A stretch of DNA of 64,000 nucleotides, taken from NCBI GenBank assembly GCA_905331295.1, contig CAJNYD010000068.1:1-64000 (forward strand). The letters run 5' to 3'. Every line of letters starts with the position of its first letter. Position 1 is the first letter of the stretch. This DNA is from Rotaria socialis. Its lineage: Eukaryota. Below the pieces are notes generated by a model. It was not told the origin of the DNA. It did not search any database and saw only the letters and a list, made by a program, of their open reading frames with translations. Shown in pieces: positions 37,603 through 51,449 of this stretch. The translations under genes and the position numbers were made by a program.

Positions 37603-39653
37603 TTTAATCTGTAATTATTTGAAAGAAATTTTATAGAATAAAGAATAGTATGTGATTGGACAAAAAGGTAAAGAAAGAAACATTGACATCTGGTTTGCTG
37701 GCATTTGTTGAAAAAAAAAGGAGTTGCTTTAATTAAGTAAAAACATTGCATTCGTCTAATGAATACCGCTAAGTTATAATATTTGCAAAGGTGTTGCTGA
37801 CAGAAATAAAATTTGTCTTTTTACAGTTTTCTCATCGCTGGAATGCACACCATAATCAGTTAATGCATCTACAAATGTATACTCTAAGATATTTAGTGAC
37901 AACTCACGAACGCTCTTCATCAAAGCGTTCTTGCGAGAGAATATGTATGAACTATTTTTTTTTATGCTGATTGTACTGGCGCGCATAAAACATGAACCTA
38001 TTTGTCAAAAAAATGGTAATGCGAAAGAAAACTTATGTATCTATGAAATCTGTTCTCTAACATCTAAAAGAGTATTCGCTGCGTGTTTTGTTATTTAATA
38101 AAAGCAAATTCTTGATAATACTCCGAAAGTATATCTTACACTTCGCAGGATGTCGTATGAAAACTTGTTACTAGCACAAGAAATAAATCTATTATGGAAA
38201 ACAGAAACTTGATGAAATGGAATTTGACTTCAGACGTATGTAATTCAAATTAAAACAATATTTTAGTTCAAGATGCTTATACCGTAATGACAAAAAGCTT
38301 ATCAGCCTCTGCGAAAATATTCATGTGAAAAACAAAACAATTGTATCCGTTCGAATGGTTACCTAATCAATTGAAAAATATCCTCATTGATGACAACATG
38401 TCGAATTTCATTGAATGTTAGAAATCTGCTGAGCATGAGAAGATAAATCCTAAGTAACCGACTTTATACTACCATCGTTTCTTGTACGATGCAAAAAATG
38501 GTATGTATTCATTTAAAAGTAGCACTTTCATGCTTTTTCAAATGTCATACATTTTATAGTCGAAACTCAAAGATAAATATTAACTTGAACATTTACATTC
38601 ACGGCTCTTTTTGGAAAAGAAGTTACGGGACATCCACCATGTTTTGTTCTATGTGATACTAGTTGTGTATGTTAATTTGTATATATTTTCGTTTCTGATT
38701 AATCGTTTTCTCTGTTCGAATCATATATTGCTTTTAATTAAGAACTCCTATTTACTTCAGGTCTACTTATTTCTTCTTTCAACGCTGTCGAGTCTTCATT
38801 CACATTCAATTAGAATTTGTCTAAAACTTGTCATTTTCAATAGTTATTTCTTATACTCATTTTCATTATCAATAATAATTGGCGTGTCAAAATGTTACAT
38901 TAATTTTTCTATTGTAGTTCTCTACGCATAAAAATTCATTGAATATTTTTCGCTGATGAATTGAGGCGTCGGCGTATTCTCCTCTACTGATTCTTACTAC
39001 GATATTATTTTTCTATTAAAATAAGTTACTGATGATCTAAATCTCGCAGCAGGATTGTTTTCTCGTCATTGTTACTCTCTACCTTATGCATAAAACTTCT
39101 TCACAAATAACAGGAAAGCGTTGCTCAAGGTGTTACTTACTCTTTTTTTATCATCACACATCGACAAGAATAACATATAACTATGAAATAAATGATGAAG
39201 ATTGCGAGAGTGCTTGCTCTTTTTATATGCTAGACGAAATTTCTTAAAAAAATTTCTTTGTCGTGCGCTGACCATATGTCTTACTGTGCCAGGTGAAGTA
39301 TTTTGAATTTCTACCTTCATTTATTGTAAAATAATCGTTAAGAAAAATTTTGATGATTTTACACTTGCAAAGCTCACTGGATTTCTATAAAATAACATTT
39401 CAATTTTCAATCATTTGTGCCTTAGATATAGAAGTACTCTGAATTAGAAAAAAAAACTTTTGAAATCTGTATTTATGAACAAGGATGCTCGAAAGATAAT
39501 AAATACAATAATAACCGGTGTTTTTCTTCCATAAATAAGAACGATCGAATGTAAACATCGGACTTTGTTTGATTAACTCGGAAAGTGTTTTTCTAATTTT
39601 TCGTATTGATTTTTTGCGTTCATAACACTACGCACTAAGATAAGAGCTCATTT

Positions 39654-41643
39654 CACATCTTTCAAAAATTTATAAACCAAAAACGCTACCACTCACTAAA
39701 CTATCAGTAGAGACTAGTATTATATCAGACGAGCAGTAGATTACGAAATAACTCTATAATTACTTTAAGGACTTAGCTAAAGTCCCTGAAACCAGCCCAT
39801 TAATTCGTCACGATATTCAAATCGAGACAGAATTTAGAGAACTCCAGAGCTTACTAACTGCTTCTAAGAAAACAGGCGTAGAGGCTACAACCAAAACGGA
39901 AGTCTCTAAAATGATAAAAAAAAGACGAAACCAAAGAAGTCTTCAAGTATCAATCAGGTGTCAAATTTTATTATTAAGTTACTTCCTCCAACCTATATAG
40001 AAAGTCTAGTTAATTGCTTCAACTTTTGGGTACAAGAGGGAACGTATCCAGGCTTCTGGCATAGCTCGAAAATTATTACCCTCAACAAACTTGAAGCTGG
40101 TATACCACGTTGCAATCAGACTAGATCTATATCTCTTTTAGCGACCTATTCCAAAATTTTTGAAAACGTGCTTCTCGATCGAATACGAGCTTGGACTGAA
40201 GGAAATCATCTAGTGCCGCGTGAACAATCAGGGTTCAGAACGAACTGTCTTCTCCAGACTAGGGTGGTTTCCATTTTTCAGGAAGTTCAGAATAATTTAG
40301 CTGCGAATGTCTCTACGCTTGCAATATATGTCGACTATGAAAACGTTTTTGACTTAGTTTGGCATGCGGGTTTCTTGGTCAAATTATACAGGTTAGGTAT
40401 ACCCAATAACCTACTGAAAATGATTTATAGCTGGCTAAATAACCGTACAGCGTATATTTACTATGGTCAAACGAAGTCAGAAGTTTTTCGAGTACAACTC
40501 GGTTTTCCCCAAGGCAGTAGTCTCAGTCCCTTTATATTCGTAGTATACCATACCGATTTAGTAGCTTGTCTGGAAGCCGACTCAAGTCATATTCTCGCTG
40601 ATGACCTGAGCGTGCACATGCGAGCACCCATCCAAAAATCTTTCTCATCTCTAGTCGAGTATTTAGAGGTTGACGGAATTAAAGTATGCGACAAGATTGC
40701 TGAATATTCGATTCGCTAGAAGCAACCAATCAATATCGGAAAAACGGTCGCATCACTCTTCTATTCTCAAATTAGAAAGTCCACGGTAGGCATATATATA
40801 CTAGAACAAAAACTTGCCATTGTAGACACGTTTAAGTATCTTGGTTTTACCTGGATGAGTAAAGTATCATTGAAACCCACTGTAAACAAAAGCCTAGAGA
40901 ATATCCAAAGATCGTTGGGTAAGCTCAAATGGCTGCGTAGCGACAAAATTTTGTCCAAAGACACTTTGAAAAGATGCTTCTTCACGTAGATATTTCTCCA
41001 TTTCGCTTGCATCTTTACTTTTTTCTCCTTTCTCCCCGCAACACACCAAGAGGCGCTTAGAAGAAAGTATCGAGTAGCAATACGCTTAGTTCATCGTGCC
41101 CCATTTGTTCGCGCTAAGGATCTTTTGAGTCTTACCCGAGAAGAACTGCTTGATACTTATGTCAAACGCTATATCGCGAACAGATTAAAAAATATGTGCT
41201 CTTCAGATTTAGGTGCTTCCTTATTTCTTGAAGATATATTCCTATGGGATCATTTCCATAAGCAAGCTAAATATGGTGTTGGCCATCTATTTACGTTGAA
41301 ACGGGTTAAACGTTAAAAATTAAAACACCTCTCCCTTCTCCTAGACTGGTTTGATTTTAATGAGCAAAATGATAATTAGAAATATAGGAAACAGGGAACA
41401 CGAAATCGTAGTTTATTAACAGCCCCTTAACATTCTATCTCAACCTTTACAACTCCCGCTACTTGTATTATCTGTCCATCTCGCTACCGCTGTCATTTAC
41501 TTCATGTATCTTTATCTTTGTTTCTCCCTTTTTGTTTTCTTTTCCTTTTTTGTTTGTTACTTTCTATCCCTTCCGTCCCTCGATGTTTCTCTGCTTTTGT
41601 AGGCTCTTTCGAGTGTGACAATAAATAAACCATAAACTAAAAA
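39654..41643 (+). mobile_element. 5'-truncated, inactivated non-LTR retrotransposon (LINE RT)
   Basis: RT motifs RSISLL, QSGFR, YVDYENVFDLVWH, GFPQGSSLSP, LADD and KYLG. In-frame stops at 40717, 40987 and 41314 and a frameshift near 39920. AATAAA plus A-tail; 12-bp TSD AAGAGCTCATTT at 39642-39653 and 41644-41655. Confidence 0.92.
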
Positions 41644-44600
41644 AAGAGCTCATTTGAATGTGTTGTGATGATTAAAGAAAAAGAACGTTGTTTTTGTGAC
41701 AAAGAAAACAACTGTCTAGATGATTATAATTGAGGACTTATTTTTTCAACGTAAAAGCTTCACACTTTAACACACTTTAAAAAATGTTCGAATGACCATT
41801 TGTTTGATTGACTATATTTATTTGACGTGTTTTTTTGCAATATAAGATTCGATAAAAACATTACCAACTTTTCGCTAGTGGAATCTATGTATTCTTCTAA
41901 TAAATACAATAAGAGAATCGAAGGAAATATTTTTTGCACAAAATCATTCTCGTTTCAATGTTCAAAGTTTTTCTTTCTATTGAAACTTTTACTCTGAACA
42001 CTGCACTTTATCATTCTATACACATTTTGCTCTCAAACACACTTTGAATAGAAGATTTTCATCTTCAACAAGTTCAAGCCTCTTTTTTTTATCAATTGAA
42101 CTTTTCTCAATGACCTATATTTGATAAATATCATTGTTAAATGACGAACACGAGATCATTCATATTTTATTGAAATTTCCCATAAAATATATTACCGATG
42201 TTATGTTGATTTAAAGACAGAGAAAACATTAGATGATGGTGATGATTAATTTATTGTATTTCAGACAACAATGACGGTAATACTAAATGATCAATGACGA
42301 TCATATTTATTCTAAGAAATATGATTTTACGATTGAAAACATCTCGCTTGTCTGTTTTTATTTCAATGTATCCGAATAAAATATCAATGATTTTTGTTAT
42401 GCAATCATTTTTAAGTAAAAGCAAATCGATAGATTATTGTCGAAGTAAAATTTTCCATCAGTGATGAATGCTAATTAATCTGATAAAGCAACATGTAAAA
42501 AAACGTTTCATCCCGCGAATACTCAATGAAGCTGAGATAATATGCAACTCGAAAAATTCAATTGATTCTTGAACAATAGGTTTACTGGTTGAAAATTGAT
42601 CCTGAAAAAGCAGAGTGCTTTTATTGTCATTAAATTATAGTCTATAGTCCACATGAAAAACCTCAGATCATTCTATTGATCTGTTGTTATTCATCGTATT
42701 TTTACAAACTGTGACACTTCTGTTCCATAATTAAAATTCTCTTCATCATATATAACAAGCTGTGCACAACATAAGAAATACTTGCGGTCCCGGTTTTCAT
42801 ATGACATTAATGGTTAAAGAAAAAATACTACCAGACAGATGCTGACAGTTTTCAACAAAAAAATGACAGAAAATATTCTTGTCTTTTGACAGTTGATCGA
42901 CTTTATTGTTTAGCATGATATCCGGCAATGTACTAGAAAATCAAATCGGATACGCATGTCACACAGAAAAATGCTTTTAATCATAAATATGAATTTTTGT
43001 TACTATTCCACTCGCGTATTGCACTAGGTACAAAACATTATTTTAAGTTTCATTTGAACCCTATTTATCTAATGAGATCCACGTCTGTCTTGTTATTTAA
43101 CCCATTAAAATTTATACCAATGTGAAAATCGACGAAATATTTTAAACATTAGTTTTAGTTACAGATTTGTCGATTGATCAAAATAGAAACTGTGACTATT
43201 TTTGGTTTCTTCCCATCTCCGCGTAACTAGATCTACTCTTATCAAAAAAAGTAATGACCTCTTCTTTTAACTTTGAGAAAAATAAAGTTCAAAGGGAAAC
43301 GATGAAAAAATATAAGAACAGGGAAAACGATTAAACGGAGATATGAAACGAGTGAGGATAACATAGATCATACACGCGTAATCAATATCTTATTCGTTTG
43401 TTTGTTTCGCCGTTATTGGCTCTCGAATTTCAAAGAAATAAAATTTTTCTTGTTGGTAAACGATTACATCGACAAAATGAGCGCATATTATGAAATATTT
43501 TTTCTTACAAAAATAAAAACAATACTAGATCGTTTCAGAAATTTGCAATTTAGATTTCATTTCAGGATGTGAATAAGCCTATTTTTCAGCCTGAAAAGTC
43601 TGTTCAAATGGAACATCGGATGTAATTTCTATTCTGCGTCCCTACAAAATATTAGACAATAAAACTAGTTAGTCAACATCTTGCAAACAGGTCTAAGTCA
43701 ATGTAGTTTGAAATGCTGAGGGTTTCATCCTTAAAGCATCGCCTCTCAACTCTTAGTCACATGAAAACTACGACGACAAATATTTCTTACGTAGAGCACA
43801 GCTTGTTATATTGAATCTTGTATTAAAAAAAAAATTTTCAATTGAGCACGAGTGTGCGACAGTTTGCAAAGCTAAGTGGTTTCATCATTTTGAAAGAATG
43901 ACACAACAACATATTGTTGTTATTAAATCGTCAATCAATCAATAGAATGACCTAAAATATTCTTTTAGTAGGCTAGACATTATTCGTTGCAATCGACCTA
44001 CAAGTGCAAGATTCTAGTTCATTCAAACTTTCCTATTCACTAGGTGTTACATAAACACTACGACCTTTGCACTTTCTATAACAATCATTGCAGCGCCAAA
44101 AAAAGTAGCTACAACATTAAGCTTCTTCCGAAACTTGTTTTCTAACAATTATTGTGTTTTACTTCTACTGACTTCATTTTCATATCTAGGATAGTCGATT
44201 AAATTCACAATTACAAGTTATTAGTGCTGTTCAAGCTGATTTAGGTTAGTAAAAATATTACATTATAACTGTAATTTTAGATCTCGCGAAAGATATTTTG
44301 TTTGAAATACACTCTAGCATACATGTCAGAGTAAAAATTTACATCTCCTACGCAGTGTCACAGGCATACTGAGTGTACAATCAAACGTGTACACTAGTAA
44401 CCTTGTGCTAATAGATCTGACAAACTGTCCTGTTAAAATGTTAGAGGATCAAGGGAAGAACATGTGTCCTGAAATATATAAAACAAAGTAATCTTCATGC
44501 AACGAGCAGCAGCAGTTACATCTTATTCAACATTTCAATGCTCATTCTTTTACGTCCTATACATTCAAATGTAAACTTAGACAAATCGAAAGATGATAAG

Positions 44601-45652
44601 AGATCATTTCTATAATCCATTAGTAGGATTTTTTTCACGACTGTTTTAATACTCAGCATGATTCAATTTCCAATAAACATACATAATCCACAACTATCAG
44701 ATAAGATGAATCGTATAATAAAAATATATCGCATGCACTTAACATATTCAAAACAAATGACTCGCGAGCATATATGCACGTGCGCTCATGTTAATATTAC
44801 GGCCGTTTCATTTGTAACCATTTCTATTGTCATATCTTGACTCATCAGAATAATTTCTCGCTCGATGCATTTTGAATAGATGAATTAAAGAATATTTTCG
44901 TATGTATTAGGATTGAGTAAAAAAGAATTCGACTTCCATTCAAAATAAGTCATAGAGAAACTAGATCGATATATTTTTTTTGGATATTAGTTTTGCTTTT
45001 TGTCAACACTGGTTTCTATTGTGTTGCATGATTCAATATTGACAAAAAATAAGCATTCATTCTATCAATCACACTGAGTTTTTACAGAGCAAATCTCCAA
45101 CTATTTTCTAAATATAGAGCAAGAAAAAATATCAACTAATCCAGTCGATCCTCTAGTAAATTGTGTTCACATGTAAGCCGGAAATTTTATTTTCGAATAA
45201 ATCTATTGACTTTTTTTTTGTTTATTTTCAATTAAAAAATATTTCAAATGTACTTTGGACTTTTTGTTTTTCCATGAGCATGATGCTGAATAGAGAATCT
45301 ATTCTTTTTCTCGCTCTCCCGATTTTTATCAGAAAAGCAAAATGAATTCCTACGCGAGAGACACAGCCTTTATTTCTATTGGTGAAAATATTGTACATTA
45401 GCCATGTTCTCGTACCTTCATCATGATTCGTTTTTCTTCGATAGATAGAGATAAACTAAATCCTTCATTTATTTTTCTTCTGAATTTATGAGAAGTCAAA
45501 AAAACAGCTTTTTATTAATGTATCTTAAATTCATTATCATCACATTCACGATATGAATTCAAAATAAATATTATTTTATCTTCTGTCGCTTTTGTAGATA
45601 TTTACTTTTAATATATATAAAACAACAACAATAACAATAAAAACGTCACATC

Positions 45653-47990
45653 ATGTTCACATCATCTGATCCGAATTTACCTGATTTGGATTTTGAACTT
45701 GTTGATGAAAAACAAAATGATTATGGAACTGAGCCACTTATCAAAGATTTTTTATCATCACCAGCACCAGCATATAGAATGGCTCAGCCAACGTAAGAAA
45801 GACTAGAAAAAGTATCTTTTATTTTTCATGTTATTCCCTTTTCATTTAGAAACATAAACAAGCGTGTTGGAATGAATCAATTACGAAGACAATTAGTAAA
45901 TCTTAAATTTAATAAATATCTCGAGAGTTAATCTATTTTATTTTCTAGACCGATGAAAGTCCAACTAAACAACGAGCATCACCAAATCTAACTGGTACAA
46001 GTTTAACTTCGCAGCCATCGCTTTTAACTCGTGATAGAGATACTAATCCAATACGAATAAGCAATTCGTCAAATGCAATCCGAATGCCATCGTCAGCAAA
46101 TACGAAACCGTTTGATTCAACAACATTTTTACTTCAACAATCAATTTCACCATCACAGATGACTCAGGTTAATTTCACAATTCAGATCTTATTGAATACT
46201 ATCTATTTATTTTCATGTACAGACAGTTCAAAGTCTTCTTGAAAATCCAACAAGATATCATCTCGAACAAATGTCTCGCAAGCAAACGCTAGTTGGTGAT
46301 GAACGTTCTATAATACAACAAACAAATGTTGTAAGTGAATTTAGCAGAAGAAAATATTAATATTGATCTGTAAAAAAAATCTCTGTTGTTATTGTAGTTA
46401 AATCAAGACGAATCATCTCCAGATAGTGAAATCACATCTGAAGTAATTTCTCAATTTTGTTTTTGTTTGTTTTGAAATTAATTTCTTCGTTTTTCTCCTA
46501 CAGATGGACGACCAACTTAACGATGATACAACGTGTGGGAGTATTGACAGTAATACGCGTGGCATTAGTATTACACCTCGAGTACATATTTTCTGTTTAG
46601 ATAAAATATTTTTATTCTGAAAAAACTTTTATTTTTGTTTTTGAGTTATCAACAACGTTGACTGGTGAGCATATGGGCTCAGCATTTTTGTCATCATCAT
46701 TATCAAAAGATGGAACTGATAGTAGCTCCCGTCATTCATCATCATGCCCAACAAATATACTCAGTGCCAAAGCAAAAATTGGTTTACCACTAACAGATGA
46801 TGAAATGCGTCTTGTTCTACGTGATCGACAGAAAAAAGATAATCATAACATGAGTACGACAGAGTACATGAATTTTCTTTTTCAATGTTGAATGCTCTTA
46901 TAAATTTTAGTTGAACGTCGTCGCCGATTTAATATCAACGATCGTATTAAAGAGTTGGGTACTCTACTGCCAAAAGGAACTGAGTTGTAAGTGGTACTCA
47001 AGAAAATTTGTCTAGCTTAGAAAGACGCGCAATAGTCCTATTTTGATTAGCATGAAAAATTTTCTCATATGAAATTCTTTTTCAATCAAAAACTAGTTAT
47101 AAGAACAAAACTAAACTAATAGTACTACTATCAATATTGATGATGTTGATTCAGCTGTTTTACATATCGTTCTCTCTATGAAAAGAAACAAAGATACAAT
47201 CAATATGAATATTAAATAAGAGATCAAAGATTGTAAAACAAATGTTATGCGCGTACAATTAATAAAAGTTCGTATGTTTGTTCAGAAATAGAAACAGAAA
47301 AAGCAATGTTTAACCTTTCAACTCTACATCATCATCAACAAAATAGAAGTTCACCATATGTGAACAATAATTAATTAAATTCAATTTGTAATTTGAAAAT
47401 ATTTTTCTACATAGAGACTCAAAACAAAATAAAGGTACAATATTACGTGCATCGGTTGATTATATTAAAATACTACGCCGTCAGTATGATAATGCTGTTT
47501 TAATTGAAGAAAAATATCAAATGCTCGCACAACAAAATATGGCATTACAAGAACGAGTAAAAGTTAGTTGACATTAAGTTTTCTTTGTCTTCATATTAAT
47601 TTATCAATATAGGAACTAGAAAGAAAATGTTATTCAAATGGTATTTCAATAAATTCATCATCAGCAACAGCAACAATTCAAAGTTCGCCAGCTATTGCTG
47701 TTGCTAATACGAATGTAGTTAAACAAGAGCCATCGTCATTATCATCGTCATTAAATACTAATAATCCATTGGTACCTCCATCCACACCAATATTTGCAAC
47801 GTTTGACTCTCTTCCACCGCTTGATTCACTTTCATCATTTGGTATCGTTGATGAAGATAGTAATGATACGAATAGTGGCATTGGAAATAATTCAAACGAT
47901 CCATTATCACCATTTACTCACGATCCATTTCTATCGTCTACATCGTTCGGTTTCGATAATGAAATGGACATCGGAGGAGGATTTACATAA
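45653..47990 (+). CDS. MITF: MiT/TFE family bHLH-ZIP transcription factor (MITF/TFEB/TFE3 co-ortholog), multi-exon
   Basis: LENPTRYHL, RHSSSCP (14-3-3/mTOR site region), [50 protein letters not shown] and a zipper. Confidence 0.93.
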
Positions 47991-50900
47991 TTATTTATTA
48001 TATTATATTTTTTTGCTCAAAGCGTTTGTTGTTTGTACATATGTTCGATGTCGAGAGAAAGGAAAAAATCTAGGACATCTTGCTACGACTTCAAAACAGT
48101 ATTTGTGTGAATATGTATATTTGGTGCTAGCAAGCATAATTTGTCCTGCGTTTTTTTCTTCTCGACATTAATGCCTTGCCTCTCAACCCTTTTCTGCACG
48201 TATCTATTTCATCCGTGTGATATGCATATATATGTCGTAAGAGAAAACATGTATTTATTTGATTATCTTTATTATTATTATTACTATTCGAGTGTGTTTT
48301 GTATAGTGTACATATTTTTTATTCGTGTATATGATCGAACAGTTCTGTTGTCATTATATATATATATATATATATTTATTTATTTATTCTACATATTTTA
48401 CTGTGAGAAGAAAGAGAAAAAAAGAAAACTCTGTTCATGCATGATATTAGACACCTAAATAAATACCTTGTCAAAGACAATTTAAAAATAGCTTTGAAAC
48501 ATTTGGAATACTGACAGGCTGTAAATCAATAAGATCTCGTTGGTATTAAACATTTTGTTTTTCATCGATCTTCATCCTGTAGTTGTTAGCAAAACATGCA
48601 AAAAAATGGCGTATCATTAGTTTCGACAGCTGTGGAAATAAAACAGATGATGAAGCGCTAGCGAGTTTTCTTTTTGATCTATGTTTGTATTTATCGTTTC
48701 TACAGGTCGATGACCTCAACCGTTGGATGTAGATGTACTGAGGTTGTTCGTACCCTGGATTTATTTATTATATCATACATTCTCTTTCAAATAGTGCTTT
48801 TACCAAGCCATAAACTTGTCATTCTGCTGACATTTATATTGGTTGTATCGTTTTTTTTCAAGTCTTAACATTATGAGAAGCAGAGTAATCCAGTTTAGAA
48901 AGAATCAAATGGTAATCCAAGGAAAAAAACAGAGAGAATAGTACAAAAAGAATGACAAATCACTGGTTCCTATTGTAACCATTACGAGTCATAGTTAAAG
49001 TACATATTTTTTTACTGCTTGAATAAATGTTCTAAAATAGCCAAAAACAAAGTGTTTCATCATTCGTTTGTTTACAGACTTTTATGAGTGTATTTGTTAA
49101 TTCAATTTAAAATGTTATCTTGTTATTGATGTCACTTAATGAGCATTTTATCAAATAATTAAATTATATCTGTCATTTAGTAATATGCTATCAACAGAAG
49201 AAAATCCTTGACTAGAAAATTTGATTAACTCTGTTTTTGTTTGTTAATCAATGCTAGATAGTTTTATTAGTTTAAATCTCATGAGAATAAATTTCTACAA
49301 GAAATCGATCGAATTCGATTAGCTTATTGTTCTATTTTCATAGAAATAATATACAGAAATTAAAATATTAACTAGACAATGATTGATCTTGCTTATAAAT
49401 ATGCTTCCTCGAAATTTATCAGAAATCTATCATTTCTAGTACTTCAAAATGATATTGAATCAAAGAGTTGTGATTTCTACGAACAACTAGCCTCTGTTTT
49501 TCTCTATAATTATGTACTCAAAATATCAGCTTTCTACAACATATGATTGTAAAAAGAATCCCTATCATTCAAATTTAAGATAAACGATGATAGCACTAAA
49601 GAGAGTTCTAAACAGTCTTGGAGCTAGTCTTTGAACAGATTAATAGTATTCTGTATTCTATTGACAGAAGGAATAGTCGGTGTAGCTTGTATTACTAATG
49701 AATATTAGGTACCGATCTGAGCTGTGTTTTGGCTAACTTGTTCCTTTAACAATCAGACTGAGTTAACTAACGCGATGGCATGAAGAAAAAAAGAGCCTTG
49801 TTCTTCATGGAAATTCAATTCAATCTTTCATTCTTCAACTATTTGTAAAACATGAGGTCAACAAGTTTCAGTCAATATGAAAAAAGTGTGCGAAAGAAAA
49901 TTTATTGCGAATGATTTCAGCTCTTATTTCCGGTGCAATTTTTGAGTAACTTGCATTATAGTGTTTAGTGTAAGATCGATATTGAGTAGGGCAGAGATAA
50001 CTAAGAATAAAAGATTTAACATTAGGATGAATTCTTGGCAATATCTTTATATAAGATCGATCAACTATCAAATAAGTCAACGAGAAAATATCATCATTTA
50101 ATGTTGTTAATATAAAATTCAACATGTCAGTGAAAGTACTTTTTTGTACCGATTTACATAAAGTGTCTGTTGAAACAACTTTTGAATGAAGGCTTTTCTC
50201 AAAATTAAGATGAAAATTTGCCTTTGACATAATTATGAAAGTTGATGATAGAAAAAGAAGATCCCAGAAACTATGCTTATCCGTTTCTGTTCCTTTTCCA
50301 CATTCACTTTGAATAGAAGAAATTAGAAGAAAACTAGTGCTTAAAACAGCAATATGGAATTATAGTAAAATGGATTGCAAAGATCATTCTGATATCCATT
50401 AATAGAGATGTACCAAATCCAAAATAATTTCGGCTTGGGTTCGGTGCATGCCTATCCGTATCAAGACAGTTTTTTTCACGCCTTTTTCATCATTTGAAGT
50501 TGTGTCCTTTCGACGCTAACGAGATCGTTAGTGGATCAATTAGTGTCGAACAATGAGACTCTAATTTTAGCAGGTTAGATCTTTTAGTCATTAAATGTAG
50601 TATCCTGTAGGATTCGAGCCTTGACGAAAATGATAGATGAGCAATGCTTTAAAAATTATTTTCCAAGAAACAAAAAAGAAGAAATAAAGAAGAGAAATAG
50701 GAAGAAATAATTAATTAATACACATAATCGGAACTTGATCTTATGGGTGTGCTTTATCTTGTCAATATTTCCACTTCAAACCATCAATAAGATATTCATG
50801 TTCTTTACGCATTTAGTCATTACAGTTTGCAGACATGAGAATAAATAAGTACCATGAAAATATAAGAGAAAAGTTATCAAAATCCATAGAAATATAGAGT

Positions 50901-51449
50901 CCACGAAAACCAGTCTAGTACACTTTTCCCATTTATATATTCGATTTTTCTCACTGAACTGTCTGTCTTTTTCGCTTTAGACGGTAGTAATCCTTTTCTA
51001 TATCTACTAACAGAACTAGATTTCAACATCATGCTCCTTTCAAAGAAACACAGGACAGAGAAATATTCTTTTTTAGGGCAATCCGATCAGAATGTGAATG
51101 TGACATATGGATGAGTCATCTATGGGATGAGTATGTGCTTAAACCTGATTAGGAGTGTCATTTTTACACGCCTTAAGCCTACATCCAAACCCACACCCTC
51201 AAAGTTGACTAGGAACAGATGTAGTAAAAGGCTCTCAGTAGCATTGCAATGAGTGCGACTATTCCATTACAAAAGCTGTTTTCGCAAGTACTCAAATCGG
51301 ATTGGGATGTGGGTGTAGTTCTCCTGTTTAATCAAATTCATACACACACACCCTTCAATTTCATAAACGAACAAAGTAAGAGATTTGAAATAAACTTTCA
51401 AATTGGTCAACAAAATGCCTCTATTCACTTATAGAATAAGTGAAATATT

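Noticed and set aside
49868..50230. 120-aa minus-strand ORF
   Set aside because: No recognisable domain or splice partners; it may be a decayed fragment.
50403..50454. 52-bp inverted repeat resembling fused hAT termini (TAGAGATGTACC...GGTGCATGCCTA)
   Set aside because: The flanking 8-mers match poorly, so it is too short and degenerate to call.
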